Shown here: one piece after another, positions 1 through 8,322 of the stretch
How positions within the stretch are numbered: position 1 is the stretch's first letter
Layout of the letters: each line of letters begins with the position of its first letter
Source of the DNA: Candidatus Gottesmanbacteria bacterium RIFCSPHIGHO2_01_FULL_46_14
Lineage (GTDB): Bacteria; Patescibacteriota; Microgenomatia; UBA10105; UBA927
DNA length: 64,000 nucleotides
Assembly: GCA_001780895.1 (NCBI GenBank)
Contig: MFJJ01000010.1
Span: forward strand, 898-64,897
Direction: 5' to 3'
Position numbers and translations under genes: made by a program
The notes under the pieces: generated by a model
The model's input: the letters and a program-made list of their open reading frames with translations, nothing else
Databases searched by the model: none
Told to the model about the DNA's origin: nothing

Positions 1-461
1 TCGGCGTTTGGGGCCATAGTATGGGCGCGATGCTTGCTATTATCTGGGGAAGCAAACATCCGGAGCTTAAAGCGATTTGTTCCGTATCTCCTCCGGTTCA
101 GACGGGAACTACGGATTGGCTTAGGCCACTCCTTAACGAATGGAAAAAAACCGGATGGTTTACGAAAGTTAGCACGAGCGGACGTGGGGAGAGTCGGGTG
201 CCGTGGGCCTTTATGGAAGATGCGGGGAAGTATAATACGTTGGACTATGTGGAAGATGTGCGAAGTCCGCTCATGATTGTCCTTGGGCTCGCCGAAGATA
301 CCGTGCCGCCCGAACATACGAGAGAAATATTTCGGAAAGCTCACGAGCCGAAGGCACTCGTGGAAATAGAAGGCATGAGTCACGATTACAAAAAAGTTCC
401 GAAGCACCTTCGGTTAGTGAATAGCAAGGTAATTCCATTTTTTGAGAAGTATCTGAAGTAA
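1..461 (+). CDS. alpha/beta-fold hydrolase, C-terminal part (gene starts upstream of the window)
   Basis: The frame is open from nt 3 and a GHSMG nucleophile-elbow motif is encoded at nt ~12-26. ORF-track 21..461 is the in-window portion. Confidence 0.5.
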   Translation, partial: GVWGHSMGAMLAIIWGSKHPELKAICSVSPPVQTGTTDWLRPLLNEWKKTGWFTKVSTSGRGESRVPWAFMEDAGKYNTLDYVEDVRSPLMIVLGLAEDTVPPEHTREIFRKAHEPKALVEIEGMSHDYKKVPKHLRLVNSKVIPFFEKYLK

Positions 462-480
462 CTCACGAGAAATCCGATTT

Positions 481-918
481 ATGAAACCGATGATTCACCA
501 GGGGACTATCAACGACATATCTACATATATTGCACTTCAGCGTCGAGATGGATTTTCTCATCAATACTATCTAACACCAGAAAGATTAAAACGTTTAATT
601 GATCGCGGTGAGCTATTCTTTCTGGCAATTCCAGAAGGAGCGCCAGTAGGTTTTGCGTCTGTCGACTGTGAGATTCGTTCACAAGCACATTTTTTGTCTG
701 TTGATAAAAAATACGCGAGGAGAGGAATTGGAAGCATGCTTATGAAAGCGCTTATGAATGAAGCAAAAAAACAAGGGCATACTCGGTTATGTTCGCATGT
801 AGAAGCAAGCTCAACGAAAGAAGTTTTTCTACAGAAACAAGGTTTTATTCAGGTGGGATACTACAAAAATAGATACGGAAATGGTGTAGACGCATCGATC
901 TGGGAAATCGCGTTATGA
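481..918 (+). CDS. GNAT family N-acetyltransferase
   Basis: 145 aa with an acetyl-CoA binding motif (RRGIGSMLMKAL...QGF), the typical GNAT core. Confidence 0.6.
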   Translation: MKPMIHQGTINDISTYIALQRRDGFSHQYYLTPERLKRLIDRGELFFLAIPEGAPVGFASVDCEIRSQAHFLSVDKKYARRGIGSMLMKALMNEAKKQGHTRLCSHVEASSTKEVFLQKQGFIQVGYYKNRYGNGVDASIWEIAL

Positions 919-1066
919 TTGTTTTAATTTCGTCATCATCAACGTCCCGCGCATGATGCGGGATGACTTTTTAGAGTTGGTGGCGGAGTGGTTTCAAAAA
1001 ATTCCATGAGCCTATTTTTGCAACGGCTTATTTGATTATGGTAGACTTATAGTGGAGAAGCCAATT

Positions 1067-1300
1067 ATGAACTATCAAAAACGTATCACAATCAATCCTA
1101 AAGTCATGGTTGGTAAGCCGGTGGTCGCCGGAACGCGCATCACAGTTGAGCAGGTACTCACACTTCTTTCTCAAGGGGTGACCGCGGAAGAGCTTGCTTC
1201 GGAAAAATACTATCCGCAGCTTACCAAAGCAGACGTATATGCTGCCGTTGCGTACGCCAAAGATCGCGTAGAAGATGAACGCGTCTATCCTCTGGGATGA
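1067..1300 (+). CDS. DUF433 domain protein (putative antitoxin)
   Basis: Sequence KPVVAGTRITVEQVL...G(V)TAEEL matches the DUF433 signature. ATG at 1067 is preceded by GGAGA (ORF track begins at GTG 1052). A 4-bp ATGA overlap couples it to the downstream PIN-like gene. Confidence 0.6.
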   Translation: MNYQKRITINPKVMVGKPVVAGTRITVEQVLTLLSQGVTAEELASEKYYPQLTKADVYAAVAYAKDRVEDERVYPLG

Positions 1301-1650
1301 AATTCCTAACGGACGAAAATATAGGACTTGAGGTTGTTGCATTTCTTCGAAAGAAGGGTCATGACGTTGGTTCTATTACAGAAATTTCTACCGGTGTATC
1401 CGACGTGATGGTCTTGGCGAAAGCCGTCGACGAAAAGCGGATTCTCATAACAGCGGATACAGATTTCGGCGAACTTGTCTACCACGCCGGAAAGCGACAC
1501 GCGGGCATTGTTTTACTTCGGCTTGATGATGAACGCAACGCAAATAAAATTCGTGTACTCGGAGAACTTCTTGAGAAATATGCCGATGAACTCGTTGGTA
1601 CCTTTGTTATAGTCACAGAAACCAGCGTGCGCATTCGCCGAATGTCGTAG
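1297..1650 (+). CDS. DUF5615 family PIN-like nuclease (putative toxin partner of DUF433)
   Basis: 117 aa with conserved acidic residues (LTDEN...ITADTDFGEL) in a PIN-like fold. The DUF433/DUF5615 gene pairing is established. Confidence 0.55.
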   Translation: MKFLTDENIGLEVVAFLRKKGHDVGSITEISTGVSDVMVLAKAVDEKRILITADTDFGELVYHAGKRHAGIVLLRLDDERNANKIRVLGELLEKYADELVGTFVIVTETSVRIRRMS

Positions 1651-1653
1651 GCT

Positions 1654-2652
1654 ATGAAACGATTTCCGATCGTCCGAGCACACGGGTCGCATTATGAGGT
1701 GGGTGTTGCCATTGGGAAAATGATGCGCCAACCTATCATAAATTTACTTACTCGGGAAAAAGCGAGTCTTGGAGAAAAATTTGTTTACTATGTGGACATG
1801 CTCCCGTCGTTTATCGAAATTACGAAGCGTTACTTCCCGCAATATATGGATGAAGTGAGAGGTATCGCGGATGGCGCGGGAGTGGATTTTCAAACATTGT
1901 TTTCTACAAACTGTCGTGAGGTTGTAGACTATTCGGGTTCTACAAGTACAGCAGACCATTGCACAATAGTTACTATTCCTCAGAGCAATCAATATATCGT
2001 GGGTCACAATGAGGATTGGGATGCCGAGTCGATTGAGATTCTATACATTTTTGACGCGGTTATAGACGGCGTACATATTTTCGGACTTAATTATGGAGAT
2101 AGCGTCATGGGAGATTCTATCTCCGTGACGAGCCATGGCCTCATACAGGCAGTCAACGATCTACAGCATCAAGACGCTCAACTCGGTGTTCCTAAAAAGT
2201 TTATCGCCCGGGCAATACTTGATTGTAAAACGCTTGAGGAGGCGGAGGACATCATGAAAAAAGTTCCGCGCGCGGCAGGATTTAATCACGTGCTTGCTCA
2301 GGGACAACGATTATGGAATATAGAGTCTTCTGCCAAAGAATACGTCATTGAGAAAGTCGAATTGCAAAAGTACGTCCATACCAATCATTACGTGACAGAG
2401 TTGAAGCGGATAGACAAAGGAAATCAGGAGTCGGAGAAGCGGTATGCGAAGGTTAAAGAACGACTTAGTGACGTCAATTCCATAAAAGATATGAAAGAAC
2501 TTTTAAGTGATCAAACAGATCCCCGCATTTGTCGAGAGGGGACCATCGGATCAGTAATCTTTGACATGCCCAACAAAGTCGCCCACATCGCCTACGGCCA
2601 ACCGACGCCGCAGGCGTATGTGGAGTATTCACTTGAGCACGTGTTGGAATGA
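1654..2652 (+). CDS. peptidase C45 family Ntn-hydrolase (acyl-CoA:6-APA acyltransferase-like)
   Basis: The N-terminal RAHGSHYEVGVAIG motif is typical of C45. Length is 332 aa with an internal Cys (ADHCTIV). Confidence 0.5.
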   Translation: MKRFPIVRAHGSHYEVGVAIGKMMRQPIINLLTREKASLGEKFVYYVDMLPSFIEITKRYFPQYMDEVRGIADGAGVDFQTLFSTNCREVVDYSGSTSTADHCTIVTIPQSNQYIVGHNEDWDAESIEILYIFDAVIDGVHIFGLNYGDSVMGDSISVTSHGLIQAVNDLQHQDAQLGVPKKFIARAILDCKTLEEAEDIMKKVPRAAGFNHVLAQGQRLWNIESSAKEYVIEKVELQKYVHTNHYVTELKRIDKGNQESEKRYAKVKERLSDVNSIKDMKELLSDQTDPRICREGTIGSVIFDMPNKVAHIAYGQPTPQAYVEYSLEHVLE

Positions 2653-2661
2653 GAGGATGAT

Positions 2662-2706
2662 ATGAAGTCGGAAGGGAGAGTCGCCATCGTCACCGGTTCT
2701 TTGTGA
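2662..2706 (+). pseudogene. 14-codon remnant of a short-chain dehydrogenase 5' end (MKSEGRVAIVTGS)
   Basis: It encodes the Rossmann GXXXGXG start of an SDR and has a good SD sequence (GAGAGGA) placed as if in operon with the C45 gene. A stop follows after 14 codons. An intact SDR paralogue starts at 3505. Confidence 0.45.
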
Positions 2707-2773
2707 GGGATTGGGTATAGCCGGATGGTAGTTTTATTGACAAAGTGTATAGATTATAGTACTATTAACATAT

Positions 2774-3085
2774 ATGTTAATTGATACGAACCAGATTATC
2801 AGTCTTTCCGATCTCCGATTCCGGCTCGGCAGGATGCTTGCCGAAGTGGAAGAAGGGAACGTTCTTCTCGTAGCAAATAAGGGAGATATTAAAGCCGCTT
2901 TTGTTCCCATGACTTTTTTGGAACAGAACGCCGGCAATTCCGAGGAAATGCGTATGAAAGCAAAGGCACTCCAACATGGTTTCGCCGCGGATATGGCAGG
3001 AAAAAAAACTGTTTGGAATAGCACCGTCTTGATCCGAACCCAACGAAACAAACGCGTTGCAAAAATGAACGAACTGATAAAATAG
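2774..3085 (+). CDS. Phd/YefM-like antitoxin
   Basis: 103 aa with an N-terminal pattern (ISLSDLRFRLGRMLAEVEEGNVLLVANKG) typical of Phd/YefM. It sits immediately upstream of a PIN toxin. Confidence 0.5.
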   Translation: MLIDTNQIISLSDLRFRLGRMLAEVEEGNVLLVANKGDIKAAFVPMTFLEQNAGNSEEMRMKAKALQHGFAADMAGKKTVWNSTVLIRTQRNKRVAKMNELIK

Positions 3086-3087
3086 CT

Positions 3088-3495
3088 ATGGAGCACATCG
3101 TGCTTGATGCATCGGTCGTGGTGAAGTGGTTTAAGAAGAAAAATGAGCAACGTACCAGCCAGGCAGACGTATTACTTCAGAATCTTCTTGACGGGACCGT
3201 ACGCGTTTCGATTCCTACGCTTCTTTTTACGGAACTTGTCAGCATTGCGGCCATTGATCGAAGCGTTTCGGAAGAACACTGGCAGGAGGCACTTGTATTT
3301 CTTTTTTCCCTTTCCTGGCATGTGTATCCACCGGACCAATTTTTCGTCAAAGATACGTATCGGTTAGCCAAAGGATTAGGACTGAGCGCGTATGATGCTA
3401 CGTACCTTGCTGTTGCCAAGCGCTGTAGCGCGGTGGTGGTGACGGAGGATAAAGAGCTTCTTGCCAAAGGCGGAAATTTGGTCCGAGCATTGTAG
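3088..3495 (+). CDS. vapC: VapC-type PIN domain toxin
   Basis: Begins LDASVVVKWF, has a conserved Asp (YDATYL), is 135 aa and follows the antitoxin with a 2-bp gap. Confidence 0.6.
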   Translation: MEHIVLDASVVVKWFKKKNEQRTSQADVLLQNLLDGTVRVSIPTLLFTELVSIAAIDRSVSEEHWQEALVFLFSLSWHVYPPDQFFVKDTYRLAKGLGLSAYDATYLAVAKRCSAVVVTEDKELLAKGGNLVRAL

Positions 3496-3504
3496 AAAAA
3501 GTCT

Positions 3505-4245
3505 ATGGAACTTAAAGATAAAGTTGTTCTCATTACAGGTTCTTCAAGTGGCATAGGCAAAGCCGCCGCCCTCAAATTTGCGCAAGAAAAAGCAAAAGTA
3601 GTTGTTCATTACAAAACTAATAAGACTGGGGCCCAACTTACAGTAGACGAAATGAAAAATTGGGGCGCTGAGGTTATCGCAGTTCAGGCCGATGTAGTGA
3701 AGCCTCACGAGGTCAAAAGACTATTTTCCGAGGTACTTAAAGCGTTTGGAACCTTAGACGTTCTCATTAATAATGCAGGATTAGCCAAGCCAAAGCCCTT
3801 TTTGGAAATCACCAGAGATGACCTGGCGGAGGAGTTTGATAAGAATTTCTTTAGCATGGTTTACTCCTGTCAGGAAGCTGCAAGAATCATGCAAAAAAAA
3901 GATTCCGGAAAAATTATCAATGTCTCTTCGATTTGTGGATTAACAGGCTGTACAAGCATACTCACTTTTACATCTGCGCGGTCAGCAGTAACGGGTTTTA
4001 CAAAGGCACTCGCCAAAATTCTAGCACCAAACATAATGGTTAATGCAGTAGCGCCAGGATTTACCCTTACCCGCTTTTGGGATAAAATGACAGACAAAGA
4101 GGTTAAAGAATTGCTTGACTCAACACTGTCTAAAAAGTGGGTTACCGCAGAAGAAATCGCAGATACATTTATTTATTTGACTAAAAACGATTCTGTGACT
4201 GGTCAAGTAATCGTTGTAGATGGAGGCTACACTACAAATATATGA
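3505..4245 (+). CDS. SDR family oxidoreductase (FabG-like)
   Basis: ITGSSSGIGKAAA Rossmann motif, NNAG motif, and the catalytic S...Y...K spacing. Confidence 0.75.
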   Translation: MELKDKVVLITGSSSGIGKAAALKFAQEKAKVVVHYKTNKTGAQLTVDEMKNWGAEVIAVQADVVKPHEVKRLFSEVLKAFGTLDVLINNAGLAKPKPFLEITRDDLAEEFDKNFFSMVYSCQEAARIMQKKDSGKIINVSSICGLTGCTSILTFTSARSAVTGFTKALAKILAPNIMVNAVAPGFTLTRFWDKMTDKEVKELLDSTLSKKWVTAEEIADTFIYLTKNDSVTGQVIVVDGGYTTNI

Positions 4246-4712
4246 ATACAAAAAACAAAAACATCATTAAGGATATTCTTCAAGCAACCCCCTTGCTGTC
4301 TATGGCTTCTATTACAAAAGACGGGAAGAGTTGGATTTGCACTGCCTTTTATGCATATGATGATAAACTGAAATTGTATTTTCTAACTCCGCCGACGACA
4401 CAACACAGTAAAAATTTAGAGAAAAATGCTTCAGTAGCTATTTCAGTTTTTGATACTCATCAAAACCCTGATGACAAGAAGCGGGGGCTACAGATATTTG
4501 GTGCATGTCATAAAGCAGCAGGTAATGAAATAGAGAAGGGGCTACGCATATATGGCAAACGATTTGTGGATTTCGGAAAGAAAATCCTTTCGCCAGAAGA
4601 TATTGAGAAATCAAAAATGCATTCGCGCTTCTATGTTGTAGTCCCGCAAAAGATAAAAATATTTGATGAATTAGTTTTCGGTGAAGAGATATGGGTAACC
4701 GTGGTTATTTGA
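4242..4712 (+). CDS. pyridoxamine 5'-phosphate oxidase-like FMN-binding split-barrel protein
   Basis: 156 aa. ATGA overlap with the upstream SDR gene. Pattern resembles general stress protein 26 / PNPOx. Confidence 0.4.
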   Translation: MNTKNKNIIKDILQATPLLSMASITKDGKSWICTAFYAYDDKLKLYFLTPPTTQHSKNLEKNASVAISVFDTHQNPDDKKRGLQIFGACHKAAGNEIEKGLRIYGKRFVDFGKKILSPEDIEKSKMHSRFYVVVPQKIKIFDELVFGEEIWVTVVI

Positions 4713-5343
4713 TCTCCGGCAAGACTTCGAGGGGGTTGACGGGGGTGCCGTCCTGGTAGATTTCGAGGTGAAGGTGGTTGCCGGTGGACCAGCCGGTGGA
4801 GCCTACCTCGCCGAGCTTCGTTTTCTTATCTACAGTTTGACCAGGACTCACATCGATTTTGGACATATGGCCATAAAGCGACTTCATGCCGTCGTCGTGT
4901 TCGACAAGCACATGGTTGCCGTAGCCCCAGTTTGAGAAAATAGTCCATTCCACCCAGCCGTCAGCGATTGGGTACACAGGAGTGCCTTTGGGATTGGTGA
5001 GATCAACACCCGGGTGGCCGGTTGAAAATATTGTGGTTAGGCCAAATCGGGTGAATGGCCACTGAAACTTGGTGTCTGTCGGGATGATCTCAATAATCGT
5101 CTCTTCTGTGGCCTTGCTCACTTCGAGATTGGCGACGAAATCTGTTGCAGTGGGCACTAAAACCGCGGAAAAGACAGCCACTCCAGACAAATACACTCCT
5201 ATGATCTGGGGGAGCTTGGTTGCCTCAATCTTTTTGCGTAAAATGAGGCTAATTCGATTGCTGCCTCGATAGGGGACCAGCAGCCAGTAAATAATCTTTT
5301 TCGTAGAAGCCGATAGTATATAATTTTGCTTCTTTCTTGTCAA
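4705..5343 (-). CDS. M23 family metallopeptidase (LytM-like), membrane anchored
   Basis: HPGVDL...GNHLHLE motifs (HxxxD and HxH). N-terminal TM helix. The apparent start is TTG at 5343 and there is no upstream ATG. Confidence 0.65.
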   Translation of the reverse strand: MTRKKQNYILSASTKKIIYWLLVPYRGSNRISLILRKKIEATKLPQIIGVYLSGVAVFSAVLVPTATDFVANLEVSKATEETIIEIIPTDTKFQWPFTRFGLTTIFSTGHPGVDLTNPKGTPVYPIADGWVEWTIFSNWGYGNHVLVEHDDGMKSLYGHMSKIDVSPGQTVDKKTKLGEVGSTGWSTGNHLHLEIYQDGTPVNPLEVLPEIK

Positions 5344-5360
5344 ATTGAGGTGCAGGCGCT

Positions 5361-6266
5361 ATGATGAGGAGATCTATGCGCAGAAAGATAGTATTTCTGG
5401 TCGTTATTCTTCTTCTGATCGGTGGTGTTATAGGACTAATCCGATTTTTTTCAGGCCGAAGCGGAGCGACCGGTGAGCTTCGTGTGGATAGTCAGCCTAC
5501 AGTGAGTATATTTTTGGATAATAGACATATTGGTCGAAGCCCCTATAAAGACAAAGTTGCCTCCGGTGAATATACCATCAAGCTTACTCCGGAATCTGCG
5601 GTCGATTCTCCGGCAAGTTGGCAGGGACAAATCACTATTGGACCCAATTTATTAACGTATGTAAATGCAACACTTTCCGACTCCGAGCTTACCAGTGCAG
5701 TCGATGTTCTTTGGCTCACTAAAACGTCAGGCAGAGCCTCCGAAGTTTCCGTTACCACCAACCCCGATGGCGCAACACTTCTTATTGATAACGAAACGAA
5801 AGGAGTAACACCCCTTGCTATCTCCGATCTTTCCGCCGGAGACCATACGCTCACGGTTACGTCTCCGGGATTTGCTCCCCGAACGCTCAAAATAAAAGCA
5901 ACGGCCGGGTATCGCCTCATCGTGACGGTCAAACTTGCCCTTTCTGGCGAGCCGATGCCAACGCCGACTGAGGAAGCGACACCTTCGCCAACACTTAAAA
6001 CAACACCTAAAGCGACCCCAACCAAGATAGCAACAAGTTCAGCCACCATGCCTGATCCGACTAAACCCTTCGTGACGATCAAAGACACACCCACCGGATT
6101 TTTGCGCGTCCGGATGGAGCCATCGACGGCCGCTACTGAAGCTGCACAAGTCAAGCCTGGTGAAAAATATCACATCGAGGATGAGCAGAGCGGGTGGTAT
6201 CAGATAAAATACAGCGGAACCAATGAGGGTTGGATCTCCGGCCAGTACGCCACAAAGACTGAGTAA
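5361..6266 (+). CDS. PEGA domain protein with C-terminal SH3b-like domain, membrane anchored
   Basis: N-terminal TM helix. PEGA-like block (TNPDGATLLIDNETKGVTPL...GDHTLTV). Pro/Thr-rich linker. C-terminal GWYQIKY...GWISGQY. Confidence 0.5.
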   Translation: MMRRSMRRKIVFLVVILLLIGGVIGLIRFFSGRSGATGELRVDSQPTVSIFLDNRHIGRSPYKDKVASGEYTIKLTPESAVDSPASWQGQITIGPNLLTYVNATLSDSELTSAVDVLWLTKTSGRASEVSVTTNPDGATLLIDNETKGVTPLAISDLSAGDHTLTVTSPGFAPRTLKIKATAGYRLIVTVKLALSGEPMPTPTEEATPSPTLKTTPKATPTKIATSSATMPDPTKPFVTIKDTPTGFLRVRMEPSTAATEAAQVKPGEKYHIEDEQSGWYQIKYSGTNEGWISGQYATKTE

Positions 6267-6271
6267 TATAT

Positions 6272-6679
6272 ATGGGTTATGAAAATGTGTTGCGCGTGGA
6301 GGGTTTTCTGAAGGATCGTATTGGCTGGTGTAGCGGAAGTGGTTATTCGAGTTTCGGGAGGATGGTTATAGCGTATCGCGACGAAGTACCTCGTGATGAC
6401 GTTTTAACAGGGGAGGAGCTTGAAAAAGCTTGCGCATCTTGTCCAGTGGGGAAAGAGAGAATACCTGGTTTGATTTGCGGTGGGATGAAATATGTCAATC
6501 GGATGCAAAGTCAAATGGTGGCTGAGGTGGATGTTTCAGATAAAGCTCAGTTACCGGAAGGCGCTGAAATATTTTGTGGCTTGGATAACGCGAGGTTACA
6601 ATCGATGAAGGAAGCACCGACCATAGCAGAAGTAGCAGCTCAATATACCGGCGATATGCCTCTCGTGCCGTATAATTGA
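6272..6679 (+). CDS. hypothetical protein
   Basis: 135 aa ORF with no recognisable family. Confidence 0.3.
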   Translation: MGYENVLRVEGFLKDRIGWCSGSGYSSFGRMVIAYRDEVPRDDVLTGEELEKACASCPVGKERIPGLICGGMKYVNRMQSQMVAEVDVSDKAQLPEGAEIFCGLDNARLQSMKEAPTIAEVAAQYTGDMPLVPYN

Positions 6680-6693
6680 TGGAGCGCAAATTG

Positions 6694-6750
6694 CTACCCT
6701 CCTATCCCATACACGACCACCAGCACGCTTCCCACCCAAAGTTCCTTCAG
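6694..6750 (-). pseudogene. duplicated 3'-end fragment of the UbiA-family prenyltransferase gene (encodes ...LWVGSVLVVVYGIGG*)
   Basis: 19 codons ending in TAG. The last 15 aa are identical to the C-terminus of the intact gene at 7384..8322, with about 10 synonymous nt differences. Confidence 0.6.
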
Positions 6751-7112
6751 TTCATCCGACGAAATACGATTTCAAACTCTTTACGAAATCCTTCAAACGT
6801 TATGGTGGCTTTTTGGAAAAGATCCGCTTGTCCGAGGATACAATGGTAGGGCGATATTCCTTCCACGATATTCAATGCGAGGGAAAACGTACTCCCATTT
6901 ATTTCTGCCTCCGCGCGATCAAACCGGTGAGAACGAAATTGTCCGCTTAACGTAAAGCCGATAGATGCCGGAATACTCTCCCATGGTATGCTGAGCGATT
7001 CTGCGATAGTCGTTGAAATCACTGCTCCTGCTGCGCCAGAGTCAACCAATGCAAATGTCGGAAATTCTGTTTGTTGGTGGCGAAATGTCACGGGAACTAT
7101 CGGTGCCAGCAC
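6747..7112 (-). CDS. retropepsin-like aspartic protease (clan AA)
   Basis: LVDSGAAGAVIS active-site motif, hydrophobic-hydrophobic-D-S/T-G-A. Length 121 aa. Confidence 0.55.
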   Translation of the reverse strand: MLAPIVPVTFRHQQTEFPTFALVDSGAAGAVISTTIAESLSIPWESIPASIGFTLSGQFRSHRFDRAEAEINGSTFSLALNIVEGISPYHCILGQADLFQKATITFEGFRKEFEIVFRRMN

Positions 7113-7383
7113 GACTCTGTTCTTGATGCTCGGAAGCGGACTGTACCTGTATTGTATGAAGCCTATCCGATGAAGTTGCCGTACGTTTTTCCTGCCGGAA
7201 AAAAGTATACCTTTTCTTTTTGTTTCTGTACCTTCTCTTTGAGTGTTTTTAGGTTTCTTCCGGCAAACACGACGGAGCGAAAGTCAGACGAAATTGCTAC
7301 CCATCCGGACGTATGGCCCCGCAGTAGTTTGACAAAATTGATCGACTTCTTTTTCATACAACAGTAGTATACTACTTTATGCT

Positions 7384-8322
7384 TCATCCTCCAATGCCGT
7401 AGACCACCACCAGCACACTCCCCACCCAGAGGATGATTGTGGCTAGAAGGGGAAGATCGCTGGTTAAAATTTTCTCCGGTGATTCACCTTTCCCTTCGTA
7501 AATAAGCTGCATATACCGCATGATGCCATAGAGAACAAATGGGATTGTCAACATCATCCATTTTCGCCCGGGAATATCCGGTGCAAAATCTCCGTAGTTG
7601 CGAAAAATAATACCTTCTCCTTGAGGTTGGGCTAAAAACGTAAAAAATGCGTAGGTAATAAACGTCGAGTTTGCAAACATTGCCGTATAGGTATCAAGGA
7701 GTTTTTCTGAGTAATGGGAAAGCGCCATACGCGTATCGCGGGGAACAACGCCTTCGTAGCTATCGATAAGGGTAAGCTCTGCTCTGCGTTTTCCGATAGC
7801 AAGAAACAAGGCAAGCGACAAAGCCGCCAGAGCGAGCCAAATGGAAATGTGAAATCCCGTGGCGGCTTCACCGGCATAGACCCGGAGGATATATGCGGTC
7901 GTAATGGTAAGAATATCAATAATACTGTACTGTTTTAAGATAAGCGTATAGGCATACTCAAGAAACAAAAATGCGACTGCAAAAAGAAAAAACGTCGGAT
8001 TGGTGAGACTTGCAATATAGAGCCCTGTGAAGGCAAAAAGAATCGAAACGAGGACTGCCACAGGGATAGGGAGTTTGCCGCTTGCGACCGGACGAAATTT
8101 TTTGAAGGGATGTTTTCGGTCTCGGGGAGCATCGAGGACGTCGTTAAAGAGATAGTTTGATGAGGAGAGTAAACAAAATGCAATAAACGCCCAGAGATTT
8201 TGTATAAATGGGGCGGTTTGAAACAGTTGCCCAGTAAAGAGAATCGGCGTGAAGATCGCGATATTTTTTAACCACTGTCGGGGTCGTGCGGTTTTGAAAA
8301 TTGCCAAAAGTACTTGAGCCAT
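7384..8322 (-). CDS. UbiA family prenyltransferase, decaprenyl-phosphate phosphoribosyltransferase-like
   Basis: NDVLDAPRDRKHP...RPVASGKL motif (NDxxDxxxD) and multiple TM helices. The start was trimmed to MAQVLL (8322) because the ORF-track N-terminal extension overlaps the upstream gene. Confidence 0.55.
   Translation of the reverse strand: MAQVLLAIFKTARPRQWLKNIAIFTPILFTGQLFQTAPFIQNLWAFIAFCLLSSSNYLFNDVLDAPRDRKHPFKKFRPVASGKLPIPVAVLVSILFAFTGLYIASLTNPTFFLFAVAFLFLEYAYTLILKQYSIIDILTITTAYILRVYAGEAATGFHISIWLALAALSLALFLAIGKRRAELTLIDSYEGVVPRDTRMALSHYSEKLLDTYTAMFANSTFITYAFFTFLAQPQGEGIIFRNYGDFAPDIPGRKWMMLTIPFVLYGIMRYMQLIYEGKGESPEKILTSDLPLLATIILWVGSVLVVVYGIGG

Noticed and set aside
945-972. Hairpin CCCGC-GCATGAT-GCGGG plus T-run after the GNAT gene as an intrinsic terminator
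   Set aside because: The stem is only 5 bp and sits 5 nt from the T-run. It is too weak to call with confidence.
5543-6154. Long antisense ORFs, for example 5543..6154, 50134..50754, 54808..55503, 58123..58758, 37857..38057 and 45085..45552
   Set aside because: They lie entirely inside and antisense to well-supported genes (PEGA, dnaK, infB, pnp, PT-repeat genes). The PT-repeat regions give spurious Gly/Val-rich frames on the opposite strand.
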